A stretch of 64,000 bases of DNA from Caulobacteraceae bacterium (GCA_947378235.1 CANCJE010000001.1:14361-78360), one strand, 5' to 3'; counted from the first letter of the stretch, positions 39,276 through 49,663 are shown. Notes: generated by a model from the sequence alone, not told the origin. Made by a program: numbers and translations.

Positions 39276-40063
39276 CTTTGATCCGGTTTAAAGGTCCAGT
39301 GCTCTGGAGGCTGATAATATTCGTCGAGGCTCGCTGCGACCCGAGCATCATAGCCCAAAAGCTGTCTGGCCAAGGGCGTTAGGTGCGCCTCTGCGTCCGG
39401 CCGAAGGAAACGAGGCCAGTCCATTTGTGGCTTCATGAAGGGGCGTCCAAAACAGAGGGTTAGGGCCTTTCGAGGCCTATCGCTTTGGTTGGGAGCTGCG
39501 GAATGAACGACCAGACTGTTGAACAGGAGAATATCACCCGCCTTGCCCTCGACCTGTTTGGCTTGCATTGTGAATTCACTGTAGCTTGGCATAGCCTCCG
39601 TAAGATGAGAGCCTGCCAGAACCAGCGTCGCGCCGTTCTGAGCGGTAAAGTCATCGAGCATGACCAGCATATTGAGCGATAGAGGATAGTCCTTGGTCCA
39701 AGCGCGAACATCGCGATGCGGCTTGAGTGTATAGGCAGAGCCGCCTGGCGGGTGCAATGTGGCCCCAAAATTGAGCAAGATATACTTGCCGCCGAAATGC
39801 CGCTCGATCAAATCGGCCAAGGGAAGATTGGCGAGGAACTGGTCTAGACTGGTGTCATCGCCCAAGACATGATGGGCCGCGCCCTCCATCCCCTTGTCGA
39901 CGCCATTGCGGACTTGGATAGCGCGGCGCCGCTCATAGACTTGATCGCAGTCTTCGCGCAGGGCCTCTAATTGCTGGGAGCCTAAGAGATGATGAAAATG
40001 GTAGAGGCCATCACGGGCCATGGCGTCATCAAAGCTCGTGACATCAAACGGCGACTGGATCAT
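39272..40063 (-). CDS. Phytanoyl-CoA dioxygenase (PhyH) family Fe(II)/2-oxoglutarate oxygenase
   Basis: It has a PhyH-like HxD...H arrangement (HRDVRAW ... HSAAPNQSD). The start is chosen at MIQSPF. Confidence 0.6.
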   Translation of the reverse strand: MIQSPFDVTSFDDAMARDGLYHFHHLLGSQQLEALREDCDQVYERRRAIQVRNGVDKGMEGAAHHVLGDDTSLDQFLANLPLADLIERHFGGKYILLNFGATLHPPGGSAYTLKPHRDVRAWTKDYPLSLNMLVMLDDFTAQNGATLVLAGSHLTEAMPSYSEFTMQAKQVEGKAGDILLFNSLVVHSAAPNQSDRPRKALTLCFGRPFMKPQMDWPRFLRPDAEAHLTPLARQLLGYDARVAASLDEYYQPPEHWTFKPDQR

Positions 40064-40311
40064 GATTTTCACAGTCTCCTTTAGCCTGCCAATTTGAGAA
40101 ACAGCCCCCCTGAACCCAAATAGGCTGAGATCCATGTGGCCGTCCTGGATAAATAAAGGCAGTGTTGGTCATCTGTTAGGCGCACCCCAAAGGCTTTGGT
40201 TTAGCACTACGTGAACCGTAACGTCGGTCCATCCCCTTGAGCCCGCCGGATAAAGTATGTCGGCGCTTCATGCGGATTTGGAACCTTAATATTTAAGATT
40301 GTTATAAGCTG

Positions 40312-41373
40312 GTGCAAACCTCGGGGCAGGGCGAGACATTGGGCATGAGCATGAGCGCTATTGGTAGTGTGTTTCCAATGACTTTGGATTTGCCAATTGA
40401 CGCGATCGACAACAGCCTTTGGCAAGGCTGGACCGCGGGCTGGAGCCATGTCAGTTCCTATAGTTCTGCCCGCTCGGCTTTGGCCGCGCTCCTGCGCGTT
40501 AAAGAGATTCAGCGGCTTTGGCTGCCGGACTTCTGTTGTTCTGCGCTCGTTGAGGCGGCGGGGCTTGTCGAGATCAGCTGGTATGAAACGACCCCGGACC
40601 TGGATGTCTCATGGCAAATTTTGGCGCAGGCCCTTCGGCCCGGTGATGCGGCTCTGGCCATAGACTATTTTGGCCGTGCCCCGCGCCCCGAATTTCTCGA
40701 TATTGTGCGCGCTCAGCGTGACGCCTTGTGGATCGAAGATCGCGCCCACGCCCTGAACCCGGGCCTGCCCGCTTGGGGCGATATCGTGCTCTATAGTCCG
40801 CGCAAAATTCTAGGGGTGGGGGATGGAGGGTTGATGGTTAGTCAGTCGCCCTTGCCCAATCCTTCGTCAATCCCGACCGCGCCCCTCCCGATCGCGCAAA
40901 GTCAAAGGCAGCTGGACCCGAAGGGGTTTAAATCCGCCCAATGGTTCTCAGCCTTCAGGACCCAAGAGGCCGCCTTCTGCGTCGATGACGGAAGGATGAG
41001 CGATCTGACGAAAACGGTACTGGAGCGCGCCGACGGGGCCGCGATCGCGGCCCGCCGCCAATCTAATGCTCGATATCTCGCCGCCGCCTTACAAGACTTA
41101 GCCCTGTGGCCCACCGATCCCATCGACTATGCACCGCTCGCCTTTCCCATCAGCGTGGCTGACCGTGATGGGCTGGCGCGGGCATTGGCGGAGCAAAGAA
41201 TCTACTGCGCGAAACATTGGACAGACCTGCCGAACGACCCCGCCCTTTTTCCAGGTGCCCACAGCCTGTCGGCCCATATCCTGTCGTTGCCCTGTGACCA
41301 GAGATATGATGAGCGCGACATGGACCGTATCGTGACTGCGGTCCGCGTCCTTCACGCCAAAGGCGCGCGATAG
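40312..41373 (+). CDS. DegT/DnrJ/EryC1/StrS-like PLP-dependent sugar aminotransferase (short form)
   Basis: The PLP-lysine region YSPRKILGVGDGG resembles the DegT 'S..K...GEGG' motif. It is convergent with, and overlaps the 3' end of, the FemAB-like gene. Confidence 0.5.
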   Translation: MQTSGQGETLGMSMSAIGSVFPMTLDLPIDAIDNSLWQGWTAGWSHVSSYSSARSALAALLRVKEIQRLWLPDFCCSALVEAAGLVEISWYETTPDLDVSWQILAQALRPGDAALAIDYFGRAPRPEFLDIVRAQRDALWIEDRAHALNPGLPAWGDIVLYSPRKILGVGDGGLMVSQSPLPNPSSIPTAPLPIAQSQRQLDPKGFKSAQWFSAFRTQEAAFCVDDGRMSDLTKTVLERADGAAIAARRQSNARYLAAALQDLALWPTDPIDYAPLAFPISVADRDGLARALAEQRIYCAKHWTDLPNDPALFPGAHSLSAHILSLPCDQRYDERDMDRIVTAVRVLHAKGAR

Positions 41374-42239
41374 GCTGGGAAATAGTCGGTTTGGCCAGTA
41401 TTTTGGCTAAGCTGTCGATAACGATCCTGATCCAAGATGACCCCGCAGATCGAGCTCATCACCTGATCATTGGCGAAGCCGCGTTTGAATTCGGCCAATC
41501 CGCCTGCGCCATCGCCAACCCCTGCCCCGCCACCAAGGTTCAGGACCTGTCCTGAGAAATGGCCAATGGCAGCATCGTAAAGGGCATAGCTTGCGCCATT
41601 GGCATAGCCCTCAGCGCTGACCGCAAGCAGGTGGTTGGTGCAAACACCCTCCCACGGATACCAAAGGCCCATCCCGACCAATTTATCGCCGATCCGAGCG
41701 GCGAAGGTCACCAGATCTCGATCGGCTGCCAGTACCTCGAAATAGTCGGTGGAAAAGGCCGCCATACCGCTGATATCGCGCCGCTCGATCAGTCCCGCAT
41801 AGAGGTCCGACCACTGGGGTAAGTGGGTCCGCAGGGGCACAATCTCGATTCGGCACCGAGCCTGTCCTCTCCGGATTTCATAGCGATGATGTTTTGTCGG
41901 TTCATAGGCGCGCGTTGTCTGGTCGACGAGATAGTGGGTCTTAAAGGGTCGGCAGACCTCGAAATGTTGAGCGGCCTGTTCCTGCGACGGTCCCACTAGC
42001 GGATCTGGAATTAGCACCGCGCTGACCAAGCCTGCCGTCGCCAGTCGCGCTAGGCCGCCCGAAAGATCGCAGTCGGCGGGAAGGGGGCAATAGGGATAGG
42101 GGCCCATTGCATCATAGATCCCGGCGTATCGATCCACAGACCTGCGGAGCAGGTGGGTCCGCCACTCAGGGATATCGATGGTCCCATCTTCGCCGGCTAA
42201 GCCATCGACATAGCTCTCGGTGCCGTAAAGATGTCGCAT
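41352..42239 (-). CDS. FemAB-like / Acetyltransf_6-type acyl-(aminoacyl)transferase
   Basis: 295 aa, GNAT-related, of the length and pattern seen in BioF2/FemAB-like proteins of polysaccharide clusters. Moderate confidence from memory. Confidence 0.45.
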   Translation of the reverse strand: MRHLYGTESYVDGLAGEDGTIDIPEWRTHLLRRSVDRYAGIYDAMGPYPYCPLPADCDLSGGLARLATAGLVSAVLIPDPLVGPSQEQAAQHFEVCRPFKTHYLVDQTTRAYEPTKHHRYEIRRGQARCRIEIVPLRTHLPQWSDLYAGLIERRDISGMAAFSTDYFEVLAADRDLVTFAARIGDKLVGMGLWYPWEGVCTNHLLAVSAEGYANGASYALYDAAIGHFSGQVLNLGGGAGVGDGAGGLAEFKRGFANDQVMSSICGVILDQDRYRQLSQNTGQTDYFPAYRAPLA

Positions 42240-42248
42240 CCCGGTCCC

Positions 42249-43433
42249 CTAAGCGCTGCGGCCATAGGCCTCATGGATCGCCGTCGCGACGCGGCAAATA
42301 TCGGCGTCGGTCATGGCCAGCCAGAAGGGCAGGCCCAGCGTCGCGTTGGCCAGATTCTCGGTAATCGGAAGGGCTGTCTTGGGACAGTCGCTAAAGGCCC
42401 GACTCATATGACAGCCCGCGCCCCACCACTGACGGGTCTCAATGCCGTTCTGCAACAGGTACTCACCCATAACCAAGCTGGTCCCTTCGGCCAGCGTCAC
42501 AACGCAGACGCTCGAGATCCAGTCCACGCCCCAGCCTTCCTGAAACTGCACGCCAGGTAAAGAGCCCAACGCCGCACGATAGAGCTCCGCCCGCGTCATC
42601 CACTGGCCGCGATCCGAGGGCCAGCGATCCAGTGCCGCCATCCCGACCGCGCCGGAAAACTCACTCAGCTTGGCATTGGTCGCGACCATCTTCGCCTCGC
42701 GATCGCCAAAGAAGCCAAAGCTGGTCATCTGCCGCACCCGCGCAACCAGCGCCCCATCCTGATGGGCCAGATAGCCGCCCTCGCCAATGCCTAGCGCCTT
42801 GGTCGCGTGCAGGCTGATCACCGTCGGCAACGGACAGGCCTTCACACCATCAAAGGCCGCCGCAGCATCGACAATCACTTCAATACCGGTTTGATCGCGA
42901 AACTGGCACCACCCCTCGAACTTCGGCATATGACCGTGCGGGGCCACCACAATGAGGGCGCTGATCGGCCCAGGTGCTTGATTCAGCGATGCCAGCACCG
43001 TCTGCGGGTCGAGCGCTCCGGTTTGAGAATCAACATCAACGAACCACGGTACCAGACCGGCCTGGATCACCGCATGGGCCGTCGCGACAAAGGTCCAAGA
43101 TGGGACGATACACAGGCTTCCTGCCGCCAACCCCATCGCCTGCAGCGTCAGGGTGATTAGCTGCGTCGCATTGGAACCCGTCGTCACATGCGCCCCCGGA
43201 CCCAGACGTTCGGCCAACCTTTGTTCAAGGCCACAGATCATCGGTCCGAAATTGGAGTACCAGCCTGACTGGTCTACCGACTCCAGATAGGGCGCTAAGG
43301 CCTTTGCCGTCGGCAACATCGGACGGGCGACGGGTAGGGTAGAGACGGAAGAGCGCGAGGGCGATAGCGTCGGACGCGATAGGGATGAGGCCGCTACGGG
43401 CGCAGCCGCTACGGGGCGTTTGAAGGCCATCAT
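42249..43433 (-). CDS. DegT/DnrJ/EryC1/StrS-family sugar aminotransferase
   Basis: The PLP-lysine motif is SLHATKALGIGEGG, and the N-terminal region is DegT-like. Confidence 0.75.
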   Translation of the reverse strand: MMAFKRPVAAAPVAASSLSRPTLSPSRSSVSTLPVARPMLPTAKALAPYLESVDQSGWYSNFGPMICGLEQRLAERLGPGAHVTTGSNATQLITLTLQAMGLAAGSLCIVPSWTFVATAHAVIQAGLVPWFVDVDSQTGALDPQTVLASLNQAPGPISALIVVAPHGHMPKFEGWCQFRDQTGIEVIVDAAAAFDGVKACPLPTVISLHATKALGIGEGGYLAHQDGALVARVRQMTSFGFFGDREAKMVATNAKLSEFSGAVGMAALDRWPSDRGQWMTRAELYRAALGSLPGVQFQEGWGVDWISSVCVVTLAEGTSLVMGEYLLQNGIETRQWWGAGCHMSRAFSDCPKTALPITENLANATLGLPFWLAMTDADICRVATAIHEAYGRSA

Positions 43434-43730
43434 CGGATTCGCCCTCCCATTCGACGTTGCCGTTCCGCATCCAGAGTGAAGGACGGCGCACAGAGATCCA
43501 GGCTCCAGTGGCCCGACTCTCTTTAGATTCAGATCATAAACCTATTCATGAATCACTAAAGCTCTGAAGTGGAACTTGCGACAGAGACGTTGCAAATGAC
43601 CTCTGGGCGGGGGGATATGCTCGATGGGTTTTGTGGCTCAGGCGTCACGGGAGGAACTGCCAGATTGATAAAGTCCTTTAAACCTTCTGGGCCAACTGGA
43701 AATAGAAATTGAAAATTTAAAGCTTCATAA

Positions 43731-45164
43731 TTACTGATCATATAGCCACTTGATATCTATAGGCTGTCTGTATTTGTATCTCTCATGTGCAATATCTATC
43801 AAGTTCACCAAATAATTTTGAAAATTATTGGGGTCTGCATAAAATTGTAAATATTCTTTCTGTTCTTTGCTCCACATCTGACGAAGGTTCGAATTTTCAA
43901 TCAAATCTTGCAATTTATCAAAATACTCGCCTATACTATTTTGCCTGTGGGTATGGGGTGTTATCGACATTGCATCACCGAAATCTCCGCGACCAAGAAC
44001 CACTGCTCCAGCATCTATCGCGATAGCAGCAGACATGCCGCCCCCCGCTCTAAACGAATTGACAAAAATATCGACGTTTGCCATTAGGCTTGGGAGGTCA
44101 CTGTCATAGGGAATGTGAATAAACTGCTCTCCTAACACCGAAATAAATGTTTCAATCCAATAATCTTGAAGTGGACCTATCGCTAACCAGCGTATATTTT
44201 TATTTTTTAGTATAATAGGGCACAAACCATCAATAAATTCTTCTGTAATTTCGGTTCCCAATCTATTTCCTACACTCGATAATATGATGTCTGATTCGTT
44301 AAAACCCAATTCCATTCTCGAACGGCTTTTATTCGGTTGCGGTATAAAAATAGGGGCGCTTCGCAGAGAAATGTAGTTGTTTATAAATTGAGTTGGCGCT
44401 CCCGTTCTTCGCCAAAGTGATTCAATATATTCACCGTCTTGACTAAACCAATATACGTCCGAATACTGAATCGGTGCAGTGTTTCCGGTCGTCAGCATTA
44501 TTGATGGCCCAAACATAGCCATGATTCCGATTTGGACTCCAAGATGGGGTTCGCAGAAAAAATGATATGTATAGGGCCCGTTTTGGATTGCTGATTCGAG
44601 CCAATCATTATCGGTTGTAATATTAATGTAGTTTATGTTTTTGTTGTTTTCTATAATTTCATCAGCATATATTTTTATGTCAGGCGTTATATTGCCCGTA
44701 TAAAAAACATCGATTTTCTTTGTTTTATTATATTTGCTCAAGGCCCGTATATAATCAAGAGCGCCTCTAGTTGGAGAATGTAACAGGTGAACAATCTGGC
44801 CGATGAAAACCGCATGTTTTTCTTTTTTTAGTTGGTTCGATTTCGATGGAAGATTTGTAAATTGAGATGCTACTTTAAAAAGTTCTTCTCTCGCTAACCG
44901 TGAAATATCAGATTTATTTTGATCGGATAAATTAATATCGCTCCACCAGTCTAGGTTCATTAATCCGCTAAGCAAATGAACTTTAATCATTGAACTTATG
45001 TTTGCTAACTTAATTTGCTCTATTAATTTTTCCGGTAGAAAATTTAAATCAATATCATCAAACGCAGACAAATTTAGATTATTTGAAAATTCAATTATAA
45101 TATCCAGCACACTATTTTTATAGTTAGGTTGGCAGGTGGTTACTAAATATTCAAAAATGTGCAT
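43731..45164 (-). CDS. GT41 (O-GlcNAc-transferase-like) family glycosyltransferase without TPR repeats, encoded in a strongly AT-rich gene
   Basis: The N-terminal GT-B domain has the conserved 'APIQ' block (GNTAPIQYSDVYWFS). The C-terminal domain is FVNSFRAGGGMSAAIAIDAGAVVLG, like OGT/FlmG-type enzymes. It is Asn/Ile/Lys-rich, and the DNA is visibly AT-rich against a 60% GC background. Confidence 0.6.
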   Translation of the reverse strand: MHIFEYLVTTCQPNYKNSVLDIIIEFSNNLNLSAFDDIDLNFLPEKLIEQIKLANISSMIKVHLLSGLMNLDWWSDINLSDQNKSDISRLAREELFKVASQFTNLPSKSNQLKKEKHAVFIGQIVHLLHSPTRGALDYIRALSKYNKTKKIDVFYTGNITPDIKIYADEIIENNKNINYINITTDNDWLESAIQNGPYTYHFFCEPHLGVQIGIMAMFGPSIMLTTGNTAPIQYSDVYWFSQDGEYIESLWRRTGAPTQFINNYISLRSAPIFIPQPNKSRSRMELGFNESDIILSSVGNRLGTEITEEFIDGLCPIILKNKNIRWLAIGPLQDYWIETFISVLGEQFIHIPYDSDLPSLMANVDIFVNSFRAGGGMSAAIAIDAGAVVLGRGDFGDAMSITPHTHRQNSIGEYFDKLQDLIENSNLRQMWSKEQKEYLQFYADPNNFQNYLVNLIDIAHERYKYRQPIDIKWLYDQ

Positions 45165-45429
45165 TTTATCCCCGAAACTACCATAGATAGTTATCCTGCG
45201 CGTTATTTTGAATGTGATTAACGGACATAATTCTAAATTTATGGTTAATAATGAGTGAAGAGACTAATTGATTTAGGTTTGAAACCAGCACGCCACATGC
45301 TCGAGAAGCTGATCTGAAGTTGAGTTTCCCGTGTGTCGGCAACCTCAACACCATTATAGACGGCAGCTTTCAAGAGCCCTTACGGGATAATGATTTGCGC
45401 CAGAAACCGGATCTCCCGTTTTCGGCTGA

Positions 45430-47208
45430 TTACGCAAATTGCCCCGTGCTTCGGAGCAAACGCCCCGGCCTCTGACCAGTATCCATATCATTCCTGCGCG
45501 TCATGACACCGTTGATGAGGGTGGCGAGGTAACCGGTCGCTCCTTGCATCAGGCGTTGGCCGCCCGACGGTAGGTCTCGGCGCAGTTCGAGGGTGCCGAG
45601 TTTTAGATTTTCAAAATCGATAACATTGATGTCCGCGCGCATTCCCGGCGCGATGAGGCCCCGGTCGTTGAAGCCGAACAGTTCGGCATTGCGACGGGTT
45701 TGACGGTGGATCAGGTGGGCCAGCGGCATGGTCTTGTGGCCCTCGGTGCGGTCGCGGCCCCAATAGGTTAGCTGATAGGTCGGATTGACCGCGTCAAAGA
45801 TCAGATTGACGTGGGCACCGCCATCGGAAAGGCCCGTAACTGTGGCGCTGTCCATCTGCATGTCTCGAACCGGATCGAGGGTGTAGTCGGCATAGTTGGT
45901 GAAGAAGACGATCGCGAAGTCGCGCCCCTCATTGCCGACCAGATAGTCATAGAGATAGGAGCGCGGGTCGTTATATCCGGCCAGCGCCGCTTTGGCCCCG
46001 ATACTGTCCTCGTGCCTTGGCTCGTAGGTTGAGTTTTCGTCAAGCGGGAAGGCCATGTCCATCGACAGGGGCGCATTAACGATCGCAGTCTCCATCTTGC
46101 CCGGAAACTCAGTGGGTGCGTTGTCCTCGCCCATGATCTGGGCCTTGACCTCGGGTTTGCGCATCTCGGCGACCAGTTGATCATGGTCAAGGGTTGACGA
46201 CAGCCGCACGAAGGTCGGCTTGGCCATGAAGGGATGATAAGAGGTCAGGCTGAAGACCAAGCCGGTTGGACGGCTGCCGACCTGCGGAAAGACATTGGAT
46301 CCGTTCAGATTGCCTGCCTTGACCTGTTCAACCACCTTGCGCCACTGGTTCGGATCATCGGCGGTTTCAAAGAGGGTAAAGGTCGCTGGCCGACCACTGG
46401 TCGCGCTCAGTCGGCAGATCAGATCGATTTCTGAATTGAGGCTTGAATGTTCCTCTGAGCCCGGCGCGCCCGCGCCCAGTGTCCCGGAGGGGATGACCTG
46501 TAGGACACCCGCGCCCGCTCGGCCCATGGCTTCTGCAATCGACGTCAGCTCGTCCTCATCGGCAAAGGTGCCGGGAACCTGATCTCCGTGGATCGATTGG
46601 TGGCCCATAATACGGGATGTCGAAAAACCGACGGCACCGGCGCGTAAGGCCTCTTCGACGATCTTGGCCATCTGCTCGCGATCTTCGGGAAGGGCCTCTT
46701 CATTGGCACGACCGCGTGCGCCCATCACATAGTTTCGAACCGCGCCGTGGGCAATCATGGAACTGATATTTAGCGCATATTCGCGTTGGCTCAGAAAATC
46801 GAGATATTCCGGATAGGTCTCCCATGCCCCCCAAGGCATCCCCTCATAAAGGGCCGTGCCGGGGATGTCTTCGACCCCCTCCATCAGTTCGATCAGGTCG
46901 GCATAGCCGTTGGGTGGCACGGGTGCAAAACCAACGCCGCAATTGCCCATGACGATTGTGCCAACACCGTGACTGGCCGATGGGTCGAGCAAGGGATCCC
47001 ACGTGACCTGACCGTCATAGTGGGTGTGGATATCGATCCAAGCAGGGGTGACGATGGCTCTCGATGCGTCAATGATCTCTTTTGCAGGCCCAGAAACCGT
47101 CTCGCTAACCTCGACGATCAATCCATCCTTTACGGCGACATCACCGGGTGTTCCAGCCGCGCCTGATCCGTCAAACAAGGTGCCACCGCGAATGATGTAG
47201 TCAAACAT
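45430..47208 (-). CDS. N-acyl-D-amino-acid deacylase (D-aminoacylase) family amidohydrolase
   Basis: The N-terminus is MFDYIIRGGTLFDGSG, with a metal-binding region ...WIDIHTHYDGQ. Typical of D-aminoacylases. Confidence 0.8.
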   Translation of the reverse strand: MFDYIIRGGTLFDGSGAAGTPGDVAVKDGLIVEVSETVSGPAKEIIDASRAIVTPAWIDIHTHYDGQVTWDPLLDPSASHGVGTIVMGNCGVGFAPVPPNGYADLIELMEGVEDIPGTALYEGMPWGAWETYPEYLDFLSQREYALNISSMIAHGAVRNYVMGARGRANEEALPEDREQMAKIVEEALRAGAVGFSTSRIMGHQSIHGDQVPGTFADEDELTSIAEAMGRAGAGVLQVIPSGTLGAGAPGSEEHSSLNSEIDLICRLSATSGRPATFTLFETADDPNQWRKVVEQVKAGNLNGSNVFPQVGSRPTGLVFSLTSYHPFMAKPTFVRLSSTLDHDQLVAEMRKPEVKAQIMGEDNAPTEFPGKMETAIVNAPLSMDMAFPLDENSTYEPRHEDSIGAKAALAGYNDPRSYLYDYLVGNEGRDFAIVFFTNYADYTLDPVRDMQMDSATVTGLSDGGAHVNLIFDAVNPTYQLTYWGRDRTEGHKTMPLAHLIHRQTRRNAELFGFNDRGLIAPGMRADINVIDFENLKLGTLELRRDLPSGGQRLMQGATGYLATLINGVMTRRNDMDTGQRPGRLLRSTGQFA

Positions 47209-47312
47209 ATCAAGCTCCCGAACGTTTTATAGGCTCACCCTCTTTGGCGTGGTGGCCATATTTATGGAGGGAGGTTAGGAGGTTGGTTCACCGAGCGCAA
47301 TAAAGCCTGCGG

Positions 47313-48245
47313 CTAACCGTCGATTTTGCCGACCTGCTGCTGACCATAGGGCGCGGTGCCAGACGGATCTAACGCCGGAATCGCCCCGCGCCTCATGATC
47401 GTCCAACCCGCTAACCGATTTCCTTGAAGCGCTGCAGCGCTCGGCAGCGCCCCCTTTAGTCGCCCGCCCAGATATCCTGCGTTGAAGGCATCGCCAGCGC
47501 CGCTGGTATCGACGGGGGACAGGCGTTCTGGGGGAGGTAAGAGGGTGCCATCGGGCAAACGGCAACCCTGCGCGCCCAATTTCACAATGACCTCGTCCGC
47601 CCCACATCGGGTCCAGTGAGCGGCGACCTCATCTGCGGTCGTTTCTCCAGACAGGAGTGTTTCATCGTCAAGGGTCGGCAGTCCAATGTCAGCGCAGGCA
47701 ATGGCCTGATCGCGCGCATCAATCGCCGAAGCGGCATCGAGCCACAGACGTGGCCGGTAATTGCCATCAAAGGCGACCTTGCCGCCGCGTGCTCGGACGC
47801 GCTTGCATAGGGCAAAGAGGGCCTGCCTCGCCTCCGGCGGAAGGATTGCGAGGCTGATGAGCGAATAGGCCAGCAGCTGGGCACCCTCGGCCTCTTTCAG
47901 GGCCGCATCGATCCCCGGCGCTGTGAAAAGTCTCCGCGCTGCACTGTTCTCGCGCCAATAGAAGAAGCTGCGTTCGCCGGCCTCGTCGGTTCGGATGGCA
48001 TAGAGCCCTGGATTTTTGGTCGGGTCGGCTAAAACAAGACTTGTGTCTATACCCTCGCCGCGCCAACTGGTGCGCAGATCATCACTGAAGGGATCACTGC
48101 CTAAGGCCGTCAAATAGGCCACATTGTGTCCCGATCGGGCCAGATGGATTGCCATATTGACCGTATCGCCCGCATGGCCAAGCCGCCAGCCTTCCGCGGC
48201 CTGAGACAGCTCGAGCATACCTTCGCCAATCAGAACAATTCTCAT
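47313..48245 (-). CDS. kdgK: PfkB-family sugar kinase (2-dehydro-3-deoxygluconokinase-like)
   Basis: The start is MRIVLIGEGMLEL, typical of KdgK. The C-terminal motif is DTSGAGDAF. Confidence 0.75.
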   Translation of the reverse strand: MRIVLIGEGMLELSQAAEGWRLGHAGDTVNMAIHLARSGHNVAYLTALGSDPFSDDLRTSWRGEGIDTSLVLADPTKNPGLYAIRTDEAGERSFFYWRENSAARRLFTAPGIDAALKEAEGAQLLAYSLISLAILPPEARQALFALCKRVRARGGKVAFDGNYRPRLWLDAASAIDARDQAIACADIGLPTLDDETLLSGETTADEVAAHWTRCGADEVIVKLGAQGCRLPDGTLLPPPERLSPVDTSGAGDAFNAGYLGGRLKGALPSAAALQGNRLAGWTIMRRGAIPALDPSGTAPYGQQQVGKIDG

Positions 48246-48472
48246 AGGTCCATTCCATAGGTTCGGCGTGCGGTACCCGACATCAATCCGACCCGCCCTA
48301 GGCCTATGTGGGGATGGGGTCGGCGTCAATCACCTAGCCTGTTCCGGATAACGACCTGTTCATCCTGTGAGGGCGCGGGCCAAAGCGAGACTGGCCAAGT
48401 GCGAGTTGACGTGGTTTTCTAACGCTAGCGGGCCGCCGCCCGAGCGATTCACACTGATCGGAGTTCCTTCCC

Positions 48473-48970
48473 ATGGCCTTTCAAAAATCACTCTTCGCTC
48501 TGAGCGTGTTGGCTGGGTTTGTCATTGTGGGTAGCGCCGTTCAGGCCCACGAGCATATGGCCCCCATGCCAACGACGCCGGGGGGCAAGGCGGCCTATAC
48601 GCGGCATGAAAATTTCAAACTGCAGGGTGCAGCCTTTAAGGCTATCCGCGACGAACTGAAAAGTGACGCGCCCAACATTGCGCTCATTTCGACCAATGCT
48701 GCCAAGTTGAAGAGCTCGGCAGAAGCCTTGCCAACCTGGTTCCCAAAGGGAAGCGGCCCTGAATCGAAATATGAAACTGATGCTAAGCCTGAGATCTGGA
48801 GCGATCCCGTGAAATTTGCGGCAGCGGTCAAGCGGCTGCAGGTCGAAACCGCCAAGTTCCAGCCCATCGCCGCTGGCGGTGATCTTGGGGCGATCAAGGC
48901 GCAGGCCCAAGCCGTGGGCGGTGCCTGCAAGAATTGTCACGATAGTTTCCGGGTTCCTGAAGAGAAATAG
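48473..48970 (+). CDS. Class II cytochrome c (cytochrome c'/c-556 type)
   Basis: It has a signal peptide and a single C-terminal CxxCH (CKNCH), in a four-helix-bundle-sized protein. Confidence 0.75.
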   Translation: MAFQKSLFALSVLAGFVIVGSAVQAHEHMAPMPTTPGGKAAYTRHENFKLQGAAFKAIRDELKSDAPNIALISTNAAKLKSSAEALPTWFPKGSGPESKYETDAKPEIWSDPVKFAAAVKRLQVETAKFQPIAAGGDLGAIKAQAQAVGGACKNCHDSFRVPEEK

Positions 48971-48979
48971 GTCCCCGTT

Positions 48980-49663
48980 ATGGGCGGTGAGCCTTCAGAT
49001 CGCCCACTGGTGCGCGCAAAGCTCTGGGATGGGCCGACGCGTATCGTCCATTGGGCTTTGGTGATCCTCATTGGATTTGCTTGGTGGTCTGTGAAGGCCA
49101 ACCAGACCGAGTGGCATCTGTGGGCTGGCTATGGAATTTTGGGCCTCATGATCTTTCGGCTGATCTGGGGCTTTGCCGGGTCTGCCAGCGCCCGGTTTGC
49201 AACCTTTGTTAAAGGTCCAGGGACGACCCTTGTCTATGCCAAGACCCTATCCAAGCGGTCGGCAACCGATATGGCGGGGCATAATCCACTAGGCGGGTGG
49301 AGTATTGTGGCTATCTTGGCGGCGATCCTAAGCCAAGTGGTCACAGGTTTATTTTCCGTGGATGTCGACGGTTTGGAGTCTGGGCCCCTGTCTGACCGGG
49401 TGAGTTTTGAGACGGGCCGCCTTCTTGCCAAGTGGCACCATCTCAGCTTTACAGCGATCAAGCTTTTGGTGGTGCTGCATCTAAGCGCTATTGCCTTCTA
49501 TGCCCTCTACAAACGCGCCAATCTGATCACGCCCATGATCACAGGTTACAAGTCTTTTGAGGCCGATCCGAAGCTTCGCTTCGCCCCCTTGTGGCGCGCA
49601 GCCCTCGTTGCGGGCGCGGCGGCGGCGGTGACCTGGGGGGTGATGAAGGGCCTGAGGCTCTAA
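48980..49663 (+). CDS. Cytochrome b561 family protein (CybB-like)
   Basis: 227 aa with four TM segments and His residues positioned as in prokaryotic b561. Confidence 0.7.
   Translation: MGGEPSDRPLVRAKLWDGPTRIVHWALVILIGFAWWSVKANQTEWHLWAGYGILGLMIFRLIWGFAGSASARFATFVKGPGTTLVYAKTLSKRSATDMAGHNPLGGWSIVAILAAILSQVVTGLFSVDVDGLESGPLSDRVSFETGRLLAKWHHLSFTAIKLLVVLHLSAIAFYALYKRANLITPMITGYKSFEADPKLRFAPLWRAALVAGAAAAVTWGVMKGLRL

Noticed and set aside
43556-43741. 61-aa ORF in the AT-rich islet downstream of the GT41-like gene
   Set aside because: No recognisable motif is present and it overlaps the start region of the transferase gene. It may be real but cannot be supported, so it was kept only as a note in the islet finding.
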